This document shows, one piece after another, positions 1 through 16,798 of a stretch of 64,000 bases of DNA; position 1 is the first letter of the stretch; the number at the start of each line of letters is the position of its first letter. A program made the translations under genes and the position numbers. The notes below the pieces were generated by a model. That model worked only from the letters and a program-made list of their open reading frames with translations, made no database searches and had not been told where the DNA came from. The stretch comes from Antedon mediterranea (taxonomy: Eukaryota; Animalia; Echinodermata): the NCBI RefSeq assembly GCF_964355755.1, contig NC_092672.1:8308001-8372000 (forward strand), given 5' to 3'.

Positions 1-3000
1 AGATGAGGGCTGAGTAAACGGGACCAGTGGTCCCACTCTAACTTATACTGGACAACTAAGGAGGTACCTTAGTATAATCCCACCAAGTGACTCCCAGGAA
101 CAATCCGCCATTTTCTCACAAATACAGTATCAATTTTCACTATATTTTAAAAATGTTATCGTAATTGAGTTACACTAAAATTTAAAAGATGAGGGCTTAG
201 TAAACGGGACCAGTGGTCCCACTCTAACTTATACTGGATGATTAAAAAGTTTCCCTAGTATAATCCCACCAAGTGACTCTCAGGAACAATCCGCCCTTTT
301 CTCACAAATACAGTATCAAATTTCACTATATTTTAAAAATCGTAAATGAGATACACTCAAATTTTAAAGATGAGGGCTGAGTAAACGGGACCAGTGGTCC
401 CATTCTAACTTATACTGGACGACTAAGGGGGTACCCTAGTATAATCCCACCAAGTGACTCCCAGGAACAATCCGCCATTTTCTCACAAATACAGTATCAA
501 ATTTCACTATATTTTAAATTATTAATCGTAATTGAGTTACACTCAAATTTTAAAGATGAGGGCTGAGTAAACGGGGCAAGTGGTCCCACTCTAACTTATA
601 CTGGACGACTAAGGAGGCACCCTAGTATAATCCCACCAAGTGACTCTCAGGAACAATCCGCCGTTTTCTCACAAATACAGTATCAAATTTCACTATATTT
701 TAAAAATCGTAAATGAGTTACACTGAAATTTGAAAGATGATGGCTGAGTAAACGGGACCAGTGGACCCACTCTAACTTATACTGGACGACTAAGGGGGTA
801 CCCTAGTATAATCCCACCAAGTGACTCTCATGAACAATCCGCCGTTTTCTCACAAATACAGTATCAAATTTCACTATATTTTAAAAATCGTAAATGAGTT
901 ACACTCAAATCTTAAAGATGAGGGCTGAGTAAACGGGACCAGTGGTCCCACTCTAACTTATACTGGACAACTAAGGAGGTACCCTTGTATAATCCCACCA
1001 AGTGACTCCCAGGAACAATCCGCCATTTTCTCACAAATACAGTATCAAATTTCACTATATTTTTAAAATCGTAAATGAGTTACACTCAAATTTTAAAGAT
1101 GAGGGCTGAGTAAACGGTACCAGTGGTCCCACTCTAACTTCTACTGTACGACTAAAGAGGTACCCTAGTATAATCCCACCAAGTGACTCTCAGGAACAAT
1201 CCGCCGTTTTCTTACAATAACAGTATCAAATTTCACTATATTTTAAAAATCGTAAATGAGTTACACTCAAATTTAAAAGATGAGGGCTGAGTAAACGGGA
1301 CCAGTGGTCCCACTCTAACTTATACTGGACGACTAAGGAGGTACCCTAGTATAATCCCACCAAGTGACTCCCAGGAACAATCCGCCATTTTTTCACAAAT
1401 ACAGTATCCAATTTCACTATACTTTAAAAATCGTAAATGAGTTACACTCAAATTTTAAAGATGAGGGCTGAGTAAACGGAACCAGTGGTCCCACTCTAAC
1501 TTATACTGGACGACTAAGGGGGTACCCTAGTATAATCCCACCAAGTGACTGCCAGGAACAATCCGCCATTTTCTCACAAATACAGTATCAAATTTCACTA
1601 TATTTTAAAATATTAATCGTAATTGAGTTACACTCAAATTTTAAAGATAAGGGCTGAGTAAACGGGACCAGTGGTCCCACTCTAACTTAAACTGGACAAC
1701 TAAGGAGGTACCCTAGTATAATCCCACCAAGTGACTCCCGGGAACAATCCGCCATTTTCTCACAAATACAGTATCAAATTTCACTATATTTTAAAATATT
1801 AATCGTAATTGAGTTACACTCAAACGTTAAAGATGAGGGCTGAGTAAACGGGACCAGTGGTCCCACTCTAAATTTACCTGGACGACTAAGGGGGTACCCT
1901 AGTATAATCCCACCAAGTGACTCCCAGGAACAATCCGCCATTTTCTCACAAATACAGTATCAATTTTCACTATATTTTAAATTTTTTTATCGTAATTGAG
2001 TTACACTCAAATTTAAAAGATGAGGGCTGAGTAAACGGAACCAGTGATCCCACTCTAACTTATACTGGACAACTAAGGAGGTATCCTAGTATAATCCCAC
2101 CAAGTGACACTCAGGAACAATCCGCCGTTTTCTCACAATTACAGTATCAATTTTCACTATATTTTAAAAATCGTAAATGAGTTACACTCAAATTTAAAAG
2201 ATGAGGGCTGAGTAAACGGGACCAGTGGTCCCACTCTAACTTATACTGGACAACTAAGGGGGTACCCTAGTATAATCCCACCAAGTGACTCTAAGGAACA
2301 ATCCGCCGTTTTCTCACAAATACAGTATCAAATTTCACTATATTTTAAAAATCGTAAATGAGTTACACTCAAATTTTAAAGATGAGGGCTGAGTAAACGG
2401 GACCAGTGGTCCCACTCTAACTTATACTGGACAACTAAGGAGGTACCCTAGTATAATCCCACCAAGTGACTCCTCCCAGGAACAATCCGCCATTTTCTCA
2501 CAAATACAGTATCAAATTTCACTATATTTTTTAAATCGTAAATGAGTTACACTCAAATTTAAAGGATGAGGGCTGAGTAAACGGTACCAGTGGTCCCACT
2601 CTAACTTATACTGTACGACTAAGGAGGTACCCTAGTATAATACCACCAAGCGATTCCCAGGAACAATCCGCCATTTTCTCACCAATACAGTTTCAAATTT
2701 AACTATATTTTAAAAATTGTAATTGAGTTACACTCAAATTTTAAAGATGAGGGCTGAGTAAACGGGACCAGTGGTCGCACTCTAACTTATACTGGACAAC
2801 TAAGGGGGTACCCTAGTATAATCCCACCAAGTGAATCCCAGGAACAATCCGCCATTTTCTCACAAATACAGTATCAATTTTCACTATATTTTAAATTTTT
2901 TTATCGTAATTGAGTTACACTCAAATTTAAAAGATGAGGGCTGAGTAAACGGAAACAGTGGTCCCACTCTAACTTATACTGGACAACTAAGGAGGTACCC

Positions 3001-4884
3001 TAGTATAATCCCACCAAGTGACACTCAGGAACAATCCGCCGTTTTCTTACAAATACAGTATCAAATTTCCCTATATTTTAAAAATCGTAAATGAGTTACA
3101 CTCAAATTTAAAAGATGAGGGCTGAGTAAACGGGACCAGTGGTCCCACTCTAACTTATACTGGACGACTAAGGGGGTACCCTAGTATAATCCCACCAAGT
3201 GACTCTAAGGAACAATCCGCCGTTTTCTCACAAATACAGTATCAAATTTCACTATATTTTAAAAATCGTAAATGAGTTACACTCAAATTTTAAAGATGAG
3301 GGCTGAGTAAACGGGACCAGTGGTCCCACTCTAACTTATACTGGACAACTAAGGAGGTACCCTAGTATAATCCCACCAAGTGACTCCCAGGAACAATCCG
3401 CCATTTTCTCACAAATACAGTATCCAATTTCACTATACTTTAAAAATCGTAAATGAGTTACACTCAAATGTTAAAGATGAGGGCTGAGTAAACGGAACCA
3501 GTGGCCCCACTCTAACTTATACTGGACGACTAAGGGGGTACCCTAGTATAATCCCACCAAGTGACTGCCAGGAAAAATCCGCCATTTTCTCACAAATACA
3601 GTATCAAATTTCACTATATTTTAAAATATTAATCGTAATTGAGTTACACTCAAATTTTAAAGATAAGGGCTGAGTAAACGGGACCAGTGGTCCCACTCTA
3701 ACTTAAACTGGACAACTAAGGAGGTACCCTAGTATAATCCCACCAAGTGACTCCCGGGAACAATCCGCCATTTTCTCACAAATACAGTATCAAATTTCAC
3801 TATATTTTAAAATATTAATCGTAATTGAGTTACACTCAAACGTTAAAGATGAGGGCTGAGTAAACGGGACCAGTGGTCCCACTCTAAATTCTACTGGACA
3901 ACTAAGGGGGTACCCTAGTATAATCCTACCAAGTGACTCCCAGGAACAATCCGCCATTTTCTCACAAATACAGTATCAATTTTCACTATATTTTAAATTT
4001 TTTTATCGTAATTGAGTTACACTCAAATTTAAAAGATGAGGGCTGAGTAAACGGAACCAGTGGTCCCACTCTAACTTATACTGGACAACTAAGGAGGTAC
4101 CCTAGTATAATCCCACCAAGTGACACTCAGGAACAATCCGCCGTTTTCTCACAAATACAGTATCAAATTTCCCTATATTTTAAAAATCGTAAATGAGTTA
4201 CACTCAAATTTAAAAGATAAGGGCTGAGTAAACGGGACCAGTGGTCCCACTCTAACTTATACTGGACGACTAAGGGGGTACCCTAGTATAATCCCACCAA
4301 GTGACTCTAAGGAACAATCCGCCGTTTTCTCACAAATACAGTATCAAATTTCACTATATTTTAAAAATCGTAAATGAGTTACACTCAAATTTTAAAGATG
4401 AGGGCTGAGTAAACGGGACCAGTGGTCCTACTCTAACTTATACTGGACAACTAAGGAGGTACCCTAGTATAATCCCACCAAGTGACTCCCAGGAACAATC
4501 CGCCATTTTCTCAAAAATACAGTATAAAATTTCACTATATTTTTTAAATCGTAAATGAGTTACACTCAAATTTAAAAGATGAGGGCTGAGTAAACGGTAC
4601 CAGTGGTCCCACTCTAACTTATACTGTACGACTAAGGAGGTACCCTAGTATAATACCACCAAGCGATTCCCAGGAACAATCCGCCATTTTCTCACAAATA
4701 CAGTTTCAAATTTTTAACTATATTTTAAAAATCGTAATTGAGTTACACTCAAATTTTAAAGATGAGGGCTGAGTAAACGGGACCAGTGGTCCCACTCTAA
4801 CTTATACTGGACGACTAAGGGGGTACCCTAGTATATTCCCACCAAGTGAATCCCAGGAACAATCCGCCGTTTTTCTCACAAATA
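1..4884. repeat. Satellite DNA array, 181/186-bp monomer, ~27 copies (continues beyond window start)
   Basis: AGATGAGGGCTGAGTAAACGGGACCAGTGGTCCC recurs at 1, 187, 368, 554, 735, 916 ... ~4760. There are two length variants (AAAAATCGTAAATGAG vs AAATATTAATCGTAATTGAG). The array ends abruptly at ~4884. Confidence 0.98.
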
Positions 4885-5083
4885 TTTAATTCCTAATACC
4901 ATAAAAGCCATAAGTAACAATGAAAATGTAAAGAATGCACAAACGGCGTTTCATAGTTATTGTTGGCTGGAAAAAATAAAAGTGGGCTGGCTTATTGTTG
5001 GCTGGCTTATTGTTGGCTAGCTTGACACAAGCATGTGCGAGTTCGTCAAATCTTACTGAGAAAACAAAAATTGAAGCATAAAA

Positions 5084-9332
<4,249 letters not shown>

Positions 9333-12300
9333 AAGAAAATAATCTGCATTTGAAAACTGTTTTTGTTGTGTATCGTTTAATGGTAATCCGTACAATCCTA
9401 TATTTTACAACCGACCTGTATAGGTATGTGTATATCGACATTTACATTGCATTGTGAGTAGATCATGAGATGACTCCAAGAAGATCAAAAGAAGAATGGC
9501 AGATTTAACATTGATGTAATAAAGCCAATGATAATGTTAGTTCAAGGCCGTAATGAGAGGTTAAAAACAGATGAGGCAAAGATGCTTTAAATATAATTAT
9601 TAATATAAATTATGACGATTTGTGCTGGGAAATTAGGGTGGGTGGTGAATTATAGTATCAGACGAGGCAAGCGCCTCATGCTGGCTATGGCACTGTAGTT
9701 ATGTCTATCACTGTTCTGTTACTCGTTGTGTTCATAAGTTACCTTTACACCAAATTTTGACCTTATTTGAGCAAGTAAAAACTCGGAAATAGTTAAATTA
9801 TTCAAGTTAAATCCATCCAAATTTTATATAATATGATGTTAAAATTATTGATATTGTAATAATACAATTTTAGTGTCCAATTACCGGACCGGACTGGATC
9901 TGACTTGATGTGAATGTAGCTGTATGCTGTATTTCTCTTTGGAATGCGTTGCCTATTGACATCCGGCCGTCAGGCAACTTCCACCAGTGTCTTCAAATCT
10001 CCCCAAAACCCACCTTTTGAATTTTTAATTTTCTAAATGTAAAGCGCATTGAGCCTTTCAGCATAATGCGCTATATCAAGTACCAGTTATTAATATTATG
10101 CTGGCAACTGTATATTAATGATTGATGAGAAACAAATATTTATTGGGAGAACATAAAAATATTTTGTGTGCATTTTATTATTCAAATATGGACACTGTCA
10201 TACAGTGCCAAGTCAATTAAAATAGATAAATTTAATACATCAAAGCTAGGCCATACTAGAATTTCCTCAAGTTTGTAGTTATTGTCTTTGTTATGTTAGT
10301 CCACCAGTCATTGTTTCAGGTTTTTTGTCTTAACCCAAGTTTGTAGTTATTGTTTTCTTATTTTAGTCAACCAGTCGGCGTTTCAATTTTTGTCTGAATG
10401 TGAGCTCAAGTATTATACATATGGAACGCCATATGTGCCAAAATATTTATCTTTTTACTAATTTCGGTCTGGAACCTAGACTATGCTAATACTTTTGTAC
10501 AGTATAATATACTTTATAAAAACATTTGATAATAAGCAACATTAAAAGTCCAGCTTCTATTTAGTACTTATTATTTAAATATATTCAGAGAATAATGGTA
10601 ACTGATATCAGTTCTGGTATCTCTTTTTCGGGATCTTTTTCATTTATTTTAATAACAAGAGATATTATCATTATGAAGTCAAATAAAAGTATAAACATCT
10701 CGATGCTCATCCTGATCAAAGGCAACACACAACTTGCAATCTCTAACAATGTCAAGAAGTACAGTGCAAATCTGAACCGTAGAAAAAATCCAGCAACTAT
10801 GAAAAAAAAGAACAAACAAAAATCAATCATTTATTACAGCTACAGCTTACAACTGATAGACGCGTTTTTTTTCGTACATTAGTTGGGGAATTCTAATGTG
10901 AAAACCCAACTTATGTTCGAAAAAATATCGCCATCAAGCGTGGTTCCCACTAGCGATGCAACGTTACGCAACGTAAGGAAATGCCCTTCCAATCATTGTG
11001 TTTGCCCCCGCCTGCGTAAAGTCAAACCTGCTATGTTTCCAGCACTGCCTGTTGCGTCGTCGGTTCCCACTTGTGATTACGCAATACAGCACTTTGCGTC
11101 GATACGTCGTCTAGTGGGAACCACGCCTTAGGACGCAACGCAAGTACATAAGCAGCAGTGCAAGTAATTTGATCAATCACAACGTGATGGATCATCTTCC
11201 ATGCCGTTGTAATTGCTCAAATTACTTGCGTTGCGCTTACGTCTTTGCGCCGCATTCTGAGAACCAAGCTAAATGGATTAAAGAAAGGAGGCTTCCGGCC
11301 GGTTGTTTTCAATCATGATTATTGAGTCAATATTTTGTTAGGTCCAATTTTTTTTATCTAACCTAAGTAAATAGCTGTTATGTGATGTTAAAATAGCCTA
11401 TTCAACAAAATAGTTTTTGTTCAATTATTTCTTCGAGAGGACAATATATTTATATATATATATATCTTTTTGAAATAAATATAAATAATTCAACTTACGA
11501 ATACCAAATACTCTGCTTAAATTAGCACCTGTAAAAAAAAATAAAAGTCTTGATTTTGGATACCGTGATCCTAAAACTATATACATAACAGTAGAACGTG
11601 ATTAGTGCCTTCTACTTCAGTAATTGGACCAATCACGACGCTAGGTTGCGTCCAAACAGGCTATATCAATAATTAGATATTTGCAAAGACAATTTAACAA
11701 CACTCAGCTCGCCTTGCCACTTAACAGTCCGTTGATCTTATGTCGTCTGGCTGCGACAAATACCAATAGTAGGACTATTACGTACATATTCTCCGCGGCG
11801 CGGCAAACAAGTACCTGTTTATTATTTTACACAGAAACTCAATGTTCTACCTACATTTGAAAAAATTTACTGGATCACTTTTTGGTGTCTTCTTTTTTGT
11901 GATCCTTTCAACTGGGAAAGAAAATAATAAAAAACAATCTGTAAGTGTTGATTGCGTGTTTGTTTACGTAAAGGCCAATGTACAAGGACAATCGGTAAGC
12001 GGAAACTCACGTAGGCCTATCTATCCCCAGCGGAAACCGCCCGTCCGCTCTCCGTATTGTGTGTAAATGGTAATAGGGAATAACATAGATATTCTATTGT
12101 ATAACCGTTACCACTCGTCATGAGACAGTCATACGACGGGCGGCGGTGTCTTGTTTTTTTTTATAGTCCCTCTCTGTGTTTCCACTTGCATATAGATATG
12201 GAAATAATTTTACCGCGAAATCTAAATCGCGCCTGTCACCTAATTCTCCTGCCCCCCTTTTCCGGTTTTATGTCTAGACAAACCCGATACATAGTTATTT

Positions 12301-14223
12301 TTTTATCTGTGGTGGTGTGGGCGTCTATTTGCCTTCCCCTACGAAAGTCCCCAAAGTACAATTTGACAATACTTTTACATCTTACAGTGGTACTTCCCCA
12401 TAGAGATAATTAAAAACCGGAAATTGTTTTTTTAATGTTGATTGTTTAAGTTAATGTAATTTCTTAATCATAGACACACATTAGAAACCGGATATACATT
12501 CGATCGGTGATTTGAAGAAGAAATGAAAAGACAAAAAGGTATAAAATGCGCGTACATCACCGGAGCAAACTTTCAACCAATCAGAGGAGACCATGAGTGA
12601 CAACTCTATCCACAGAATAGAGAAACCGGTTAAGTGAACATAGGCCCATTTTCCTAGAGCCAAACTGTTTTAACCTTGCATCAAAAAGTTGCCTTGCTCC
12701 AAGTTTGTAGTTATTGTCTTTTTTATGTTAGTTCATCGAGCTCATGTATTATACGTATGAAACGCCATATGTGCCAAAACATTTACTACAAAACGTTCAA
12801 AATCATCGTTATTATTACTACTTATGCACCTACCTTCTTGTGGTTCTTCGATATTGCGTAAACAGCTGCAAGCTTAACAAAAATAATAACTTTTGTTAAA
12901 ATTGTGATATTGTTGAACAAAGCAAAATATATCACAGATATAATTACTAATACTGATCTAGATAGAAAAATGACATAAACACTCTCCTTATCAAACTGAT
13001 TTGGCTGGAGCCAAAGAAGAGACGAATTTCAACTACTTGCAATAATCAAATTTGACCAGTGTTGAAGTACCTATACGGACAGACATATAACTATATACAT
13101 AACTTAGCCTAGTTGACTCCGACAAACGTTGTTTACAAAATTGAGCAAACTATGAGTTTGTCAAAGTTAAGAACATTTTTCCAAAGTTAGCTAGTGTAGA
13201 CCAGTTGAAAAACGTCAGCAAAAACTTGTTTAGAAGTTTATACTGAAGTATGAATTTGCAAATTAAACACAAATCAAAAATATGATAACGTTTGCTAGTG
13301 TAGACAAGGCTTATTGTGCTTAACATACGCCTTGTATGATGACGTATTTAGCGGTATGTGAAAATTAGGTCATTATTATTTGTATAAGGCTATCTAGTTT
13401 GTATACAACAGATATCATCAGTCGACTCTTCTTTCAATTCATGATAAAGAATTGTGTCTTTCGATCTTGTCTGGTCTGAATTGGGTTATAAAAACAACAT
13501 AGGTCTATGGAAAGTATGACCCCTACACAGGAGAACGTTTAAAAGGTGACATTTACATTTTTAATTGAAGAGGTATTGTCTCCTAAAAACATGACAATGA
13601 AGATTAATAAAATCAGACTTTGAATAGCCCACTTTGTAATTTTAATAAAGTGAATCACTAAAAAAACACGAACAGATAATGTTTCCACACTTATAAAATC
13701 ACAAAATAAACGGTTAAATTCAGCCAAAAACACATTGACTATAATTGCAGCCAATTTGACTATTTTTTCCTTTAAATTACAGTTTTTTCAGGTAAATAAC
13801 ATTTTTTATCGATCCAATATTTGGTCAAGGTGAACATGTGACATTAAAATGGCATATTTAAAAAAATGTAATTTGGTTATAAAATCAGCAGCATTTTTCA
13901 TATCTAATTTTACGCCCATAAGCGAACTAAATGCCCATTTCATGCCTCATCCGTGAGTATTAATTATTAGCCAGAAAAACTTTAGACATCACACGCCAAT
14001 GCAGTAACTAGACAATCATCGGGAATTGAACATGTTTACTGTTGTTCTGAATGATTGTTAGAGTATATTGTCGGTGCGACACACGTCGACAGAGAAAAAT
14101 GGAAATTAATAATAAGGCCGTCTCAGTGGAACGGTAAACAGGTTTCCATCAACCAAAAGAGAGAGAGTGTGTTACAGACAAGCACAGGAAAGTTTGATAA
14201 TAAAAAAGAAGTTACGTGTAGGC

Positions 14224-14475
14224 TTACCCTTCTTTCCCAGGCCAGCAGAAAAAGAGCATTACAAATGATGCTATACCGGCGAGAAGCGTGATTGATGTAC
14301 CTATTTTAGTTAAGTCATTTGCACATGTATCAGTGTGGTTTGATTCAAAGTGCCAATCCTCCCTTGGTTCAGAACATTCTGATAGACCAGCTATAGCAAT
14401 AGACGACCCAATGCAACTGACACCCAATATAACAATGAATATTGAGAAGTAAGTCTTTTCTGCTTCTGATGCCAT
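14224..14475 (-). CDS. Candidate small two-TM membrane protein (83 aa), or first coding exon of a larger membrane protein
   Basis: ATG in a strong context (AAAACAATGG). Two hydrophobic helices (YFSIFIVILGVSCIGSSIAIAGL; IGTSITLLAGIASFVMLFFCW) flank a polar loop with two Cys and an N-H-T sequon. The stop overlaps a possible donor (GG|GTAAGC). No homology recognised. Confidence 0.45.
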   Translation of the reverse strand: MASEAEKTYFSIFIVILGVSCIGSSIAIAGLSECSEPREDWHFESNHTDTCANDLTKIGTSITLLAGIASFVMLFFCWPGKEG

Positions 14476-16798
14476 TGTTTTTCTTATAAGTTAGATTTCG
14501 AGAGTTTAGTGAAATGTGTGACACTTCTCTCAGAGCTGGTTGAAATGTTTCGCGTGTTGTATCAAACAAAGTCTCCGCAACACCTCTTATTCTCAGATCT
14601 TTAATTAGCGTTAAATTATATCGAATTTGCGAGACATACACTTCAGATTCAGTTGATGTGCAGTTGATTTACAGGGGTTTATAGCGAAATCTGTGGCACT
14701 TTAGAACTTCTCAGGTCTAGCTGAATGTGTAACGCATAACAGCACTGTCCGTGGAACTCTGCTCTTCAATTCTGTGATCAAGATGATTTTTGTTTAAGCG
14801 TTTCATAAAATGGATACAATAGGGCCTATCACTTTTCAGTTTTGAATTTGTAACGCGTTTTGTTGAAATGTGCTGAACTACCGTAGGCCTACCGTGACGT
14901 TTTTTCAAATCTGAATTTATTTTTGTAACGTTTGAAGGTTCTTCCCGTGTCACCATGCACCACTTTTTCAAATCCAGTTCAATGTGAAGTTTTCTATCGA
15001 AGCCTGCAGAACTATTTCTTAAATCTGGTAGAATGTGTAACGTTTTATAGGCCTGCAGAGTGTGACGTAATTGTTGAAGTTTCTTCCCGTCATAGTTACG
15101 ATAAAGGAACGCAGGTGCCAGGCCCTTCTAGTCTAGAGATAGCAAATTGATAATCGTGTTTGGAAGATCGAACAAAATGCATTCTTGTGAAAACGGATGT
15201 CTACTTAAGAACAAACAAGAGTTTAAAAAGTACCTAAAACGTCATAAACTTTGACCCGCCCTTCCAAATGAATGAACTTTGGCCACAGAAACCCATCTAT
15301 ATGAATGTATTATAATCAAATCAATTAGAAGATAATGTTATTTTGATATTATTTATCCTTTATATCTTTTATAGTTCATTTAACTTTTCAAAATCAATTC
15401 AAAATGTGGTTTTAGTGTCTGATAGTCCTATATCCGGGGATATTTGTTTGGTCCCGAAGGTGAGCCCATGGTTTTCTTCATTTGATTTGATGAGTCGATA
15501 TTATATATTCATTTCCTACCAAATAAACGACATACAGGAGGTGGGCACACAACTAAGGAACACGTTCTTATTATACCTAAAAGGTTTTGACTGCCCTTTA
15601 ATATGGCATATGGATTACAACAAGAAAAAATAACAATTATTAAACCTATATAATTTTTTAATCTTTCTATGCAATTTTTATTTAGTGAAGTTCCAGAAAG
15701 AGATGTGTGGGTTGCTAAAATTGCACACTTATCGATGGAGAATTACGAATATGAATTGAGTGATTGTTAAATGGCGGGAAGGGCACTAACAATATAAGTG
15801 AGTTACAACGTGCTAATTGAATGGATAGAGTGGGGAAATCCTTTCTTTGATTGAAGAGAAAGATTTGAAGTAGGCCCTAAAGTCTGTCCCAAAACATCTA
15901 GGACAGTGGTGTTTTGTAGGAAGATGGGAAGTATTTCGGACGGCGCATTGGCGGCGTCTATACTGTTTGAGTTAAAATGTATAAAGCCGATTTTCCACTC
16001 ATGTTTCCATCTTCCGAAACCCTCTCTCTACGCATTCGTATAAGCTGACGCTTTCGGAGTTATTTAGGATGTCCGCATTTTGTTTTTACTTCGGATGCGG
16101 TTCATTTAAAATTATTGTCATCATCGGAAAGGTCAGCCAAGAAGATTAGATACATAAATCGCTAGGCCTGTGTGTTTAAATGCATTATTTTCTATTCTGG
16201 TGCATTATAAAAAGCAATACAATCCAGCTTATCCATTTTAAAATGTTTATATTAACTATTGAATATCCCTTGACTAATTCCACAGGACAAAATTACTGAA
16301 AGGTCCCGTGAAATTCTCTCTCAAAGTAGGCACTATTACAATCAGGGAAGAGTGAAATTACTGATTAAAATGACAGGTTTCATAACTAATAGGCCTACTG
16401 TAATTAGTCAGTTAAAGTGCATTTGTTTTATTTTGTATCTAGTTCGATACATGTTTAATTTGATTTGATCAAAGCAATATTCTTCTTATTCCTGTCGTTA
16501 TTGTAATGCTTTGATAGTTTATTCTAATCTGTGTGTTGTTTGTCTATTCTTTTTGTGAGATTTGGTTCGATGTGGACTTAGCTATGGAGATCAGTCTTCA
16601 TCAAATATCATCAAATAATAAGATATTATTGATAATAGTCGGAAAGATCGAATTTTATCGTAGTTTTAACAATATTCATGATGATTTATTTTTTCGGTTG
16701 TGCGCCCTCTACATTTGATTGGAGGCAGAGAGAGAGAGAGCAGCAGACGATTCCGTGTTTTTTTTGTGAGTTGTATAAATTTTTTGGTTCTAAAAAAA

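Noticed and set aside
10585-10882. Hydrophobic 81-aa (-) and 95-aa (+) ORFs, and similarly 13539-13754 and 12481-12663, as extra exons of the 14.2-kb membrane ORF
   Set aside because: F/I/L-rich composition is expected from AT-rich DNA, and I found no convincing acceptor (12664 is phase-compatible but lacks a pyrimidine tract). Not excluded without RNA data.
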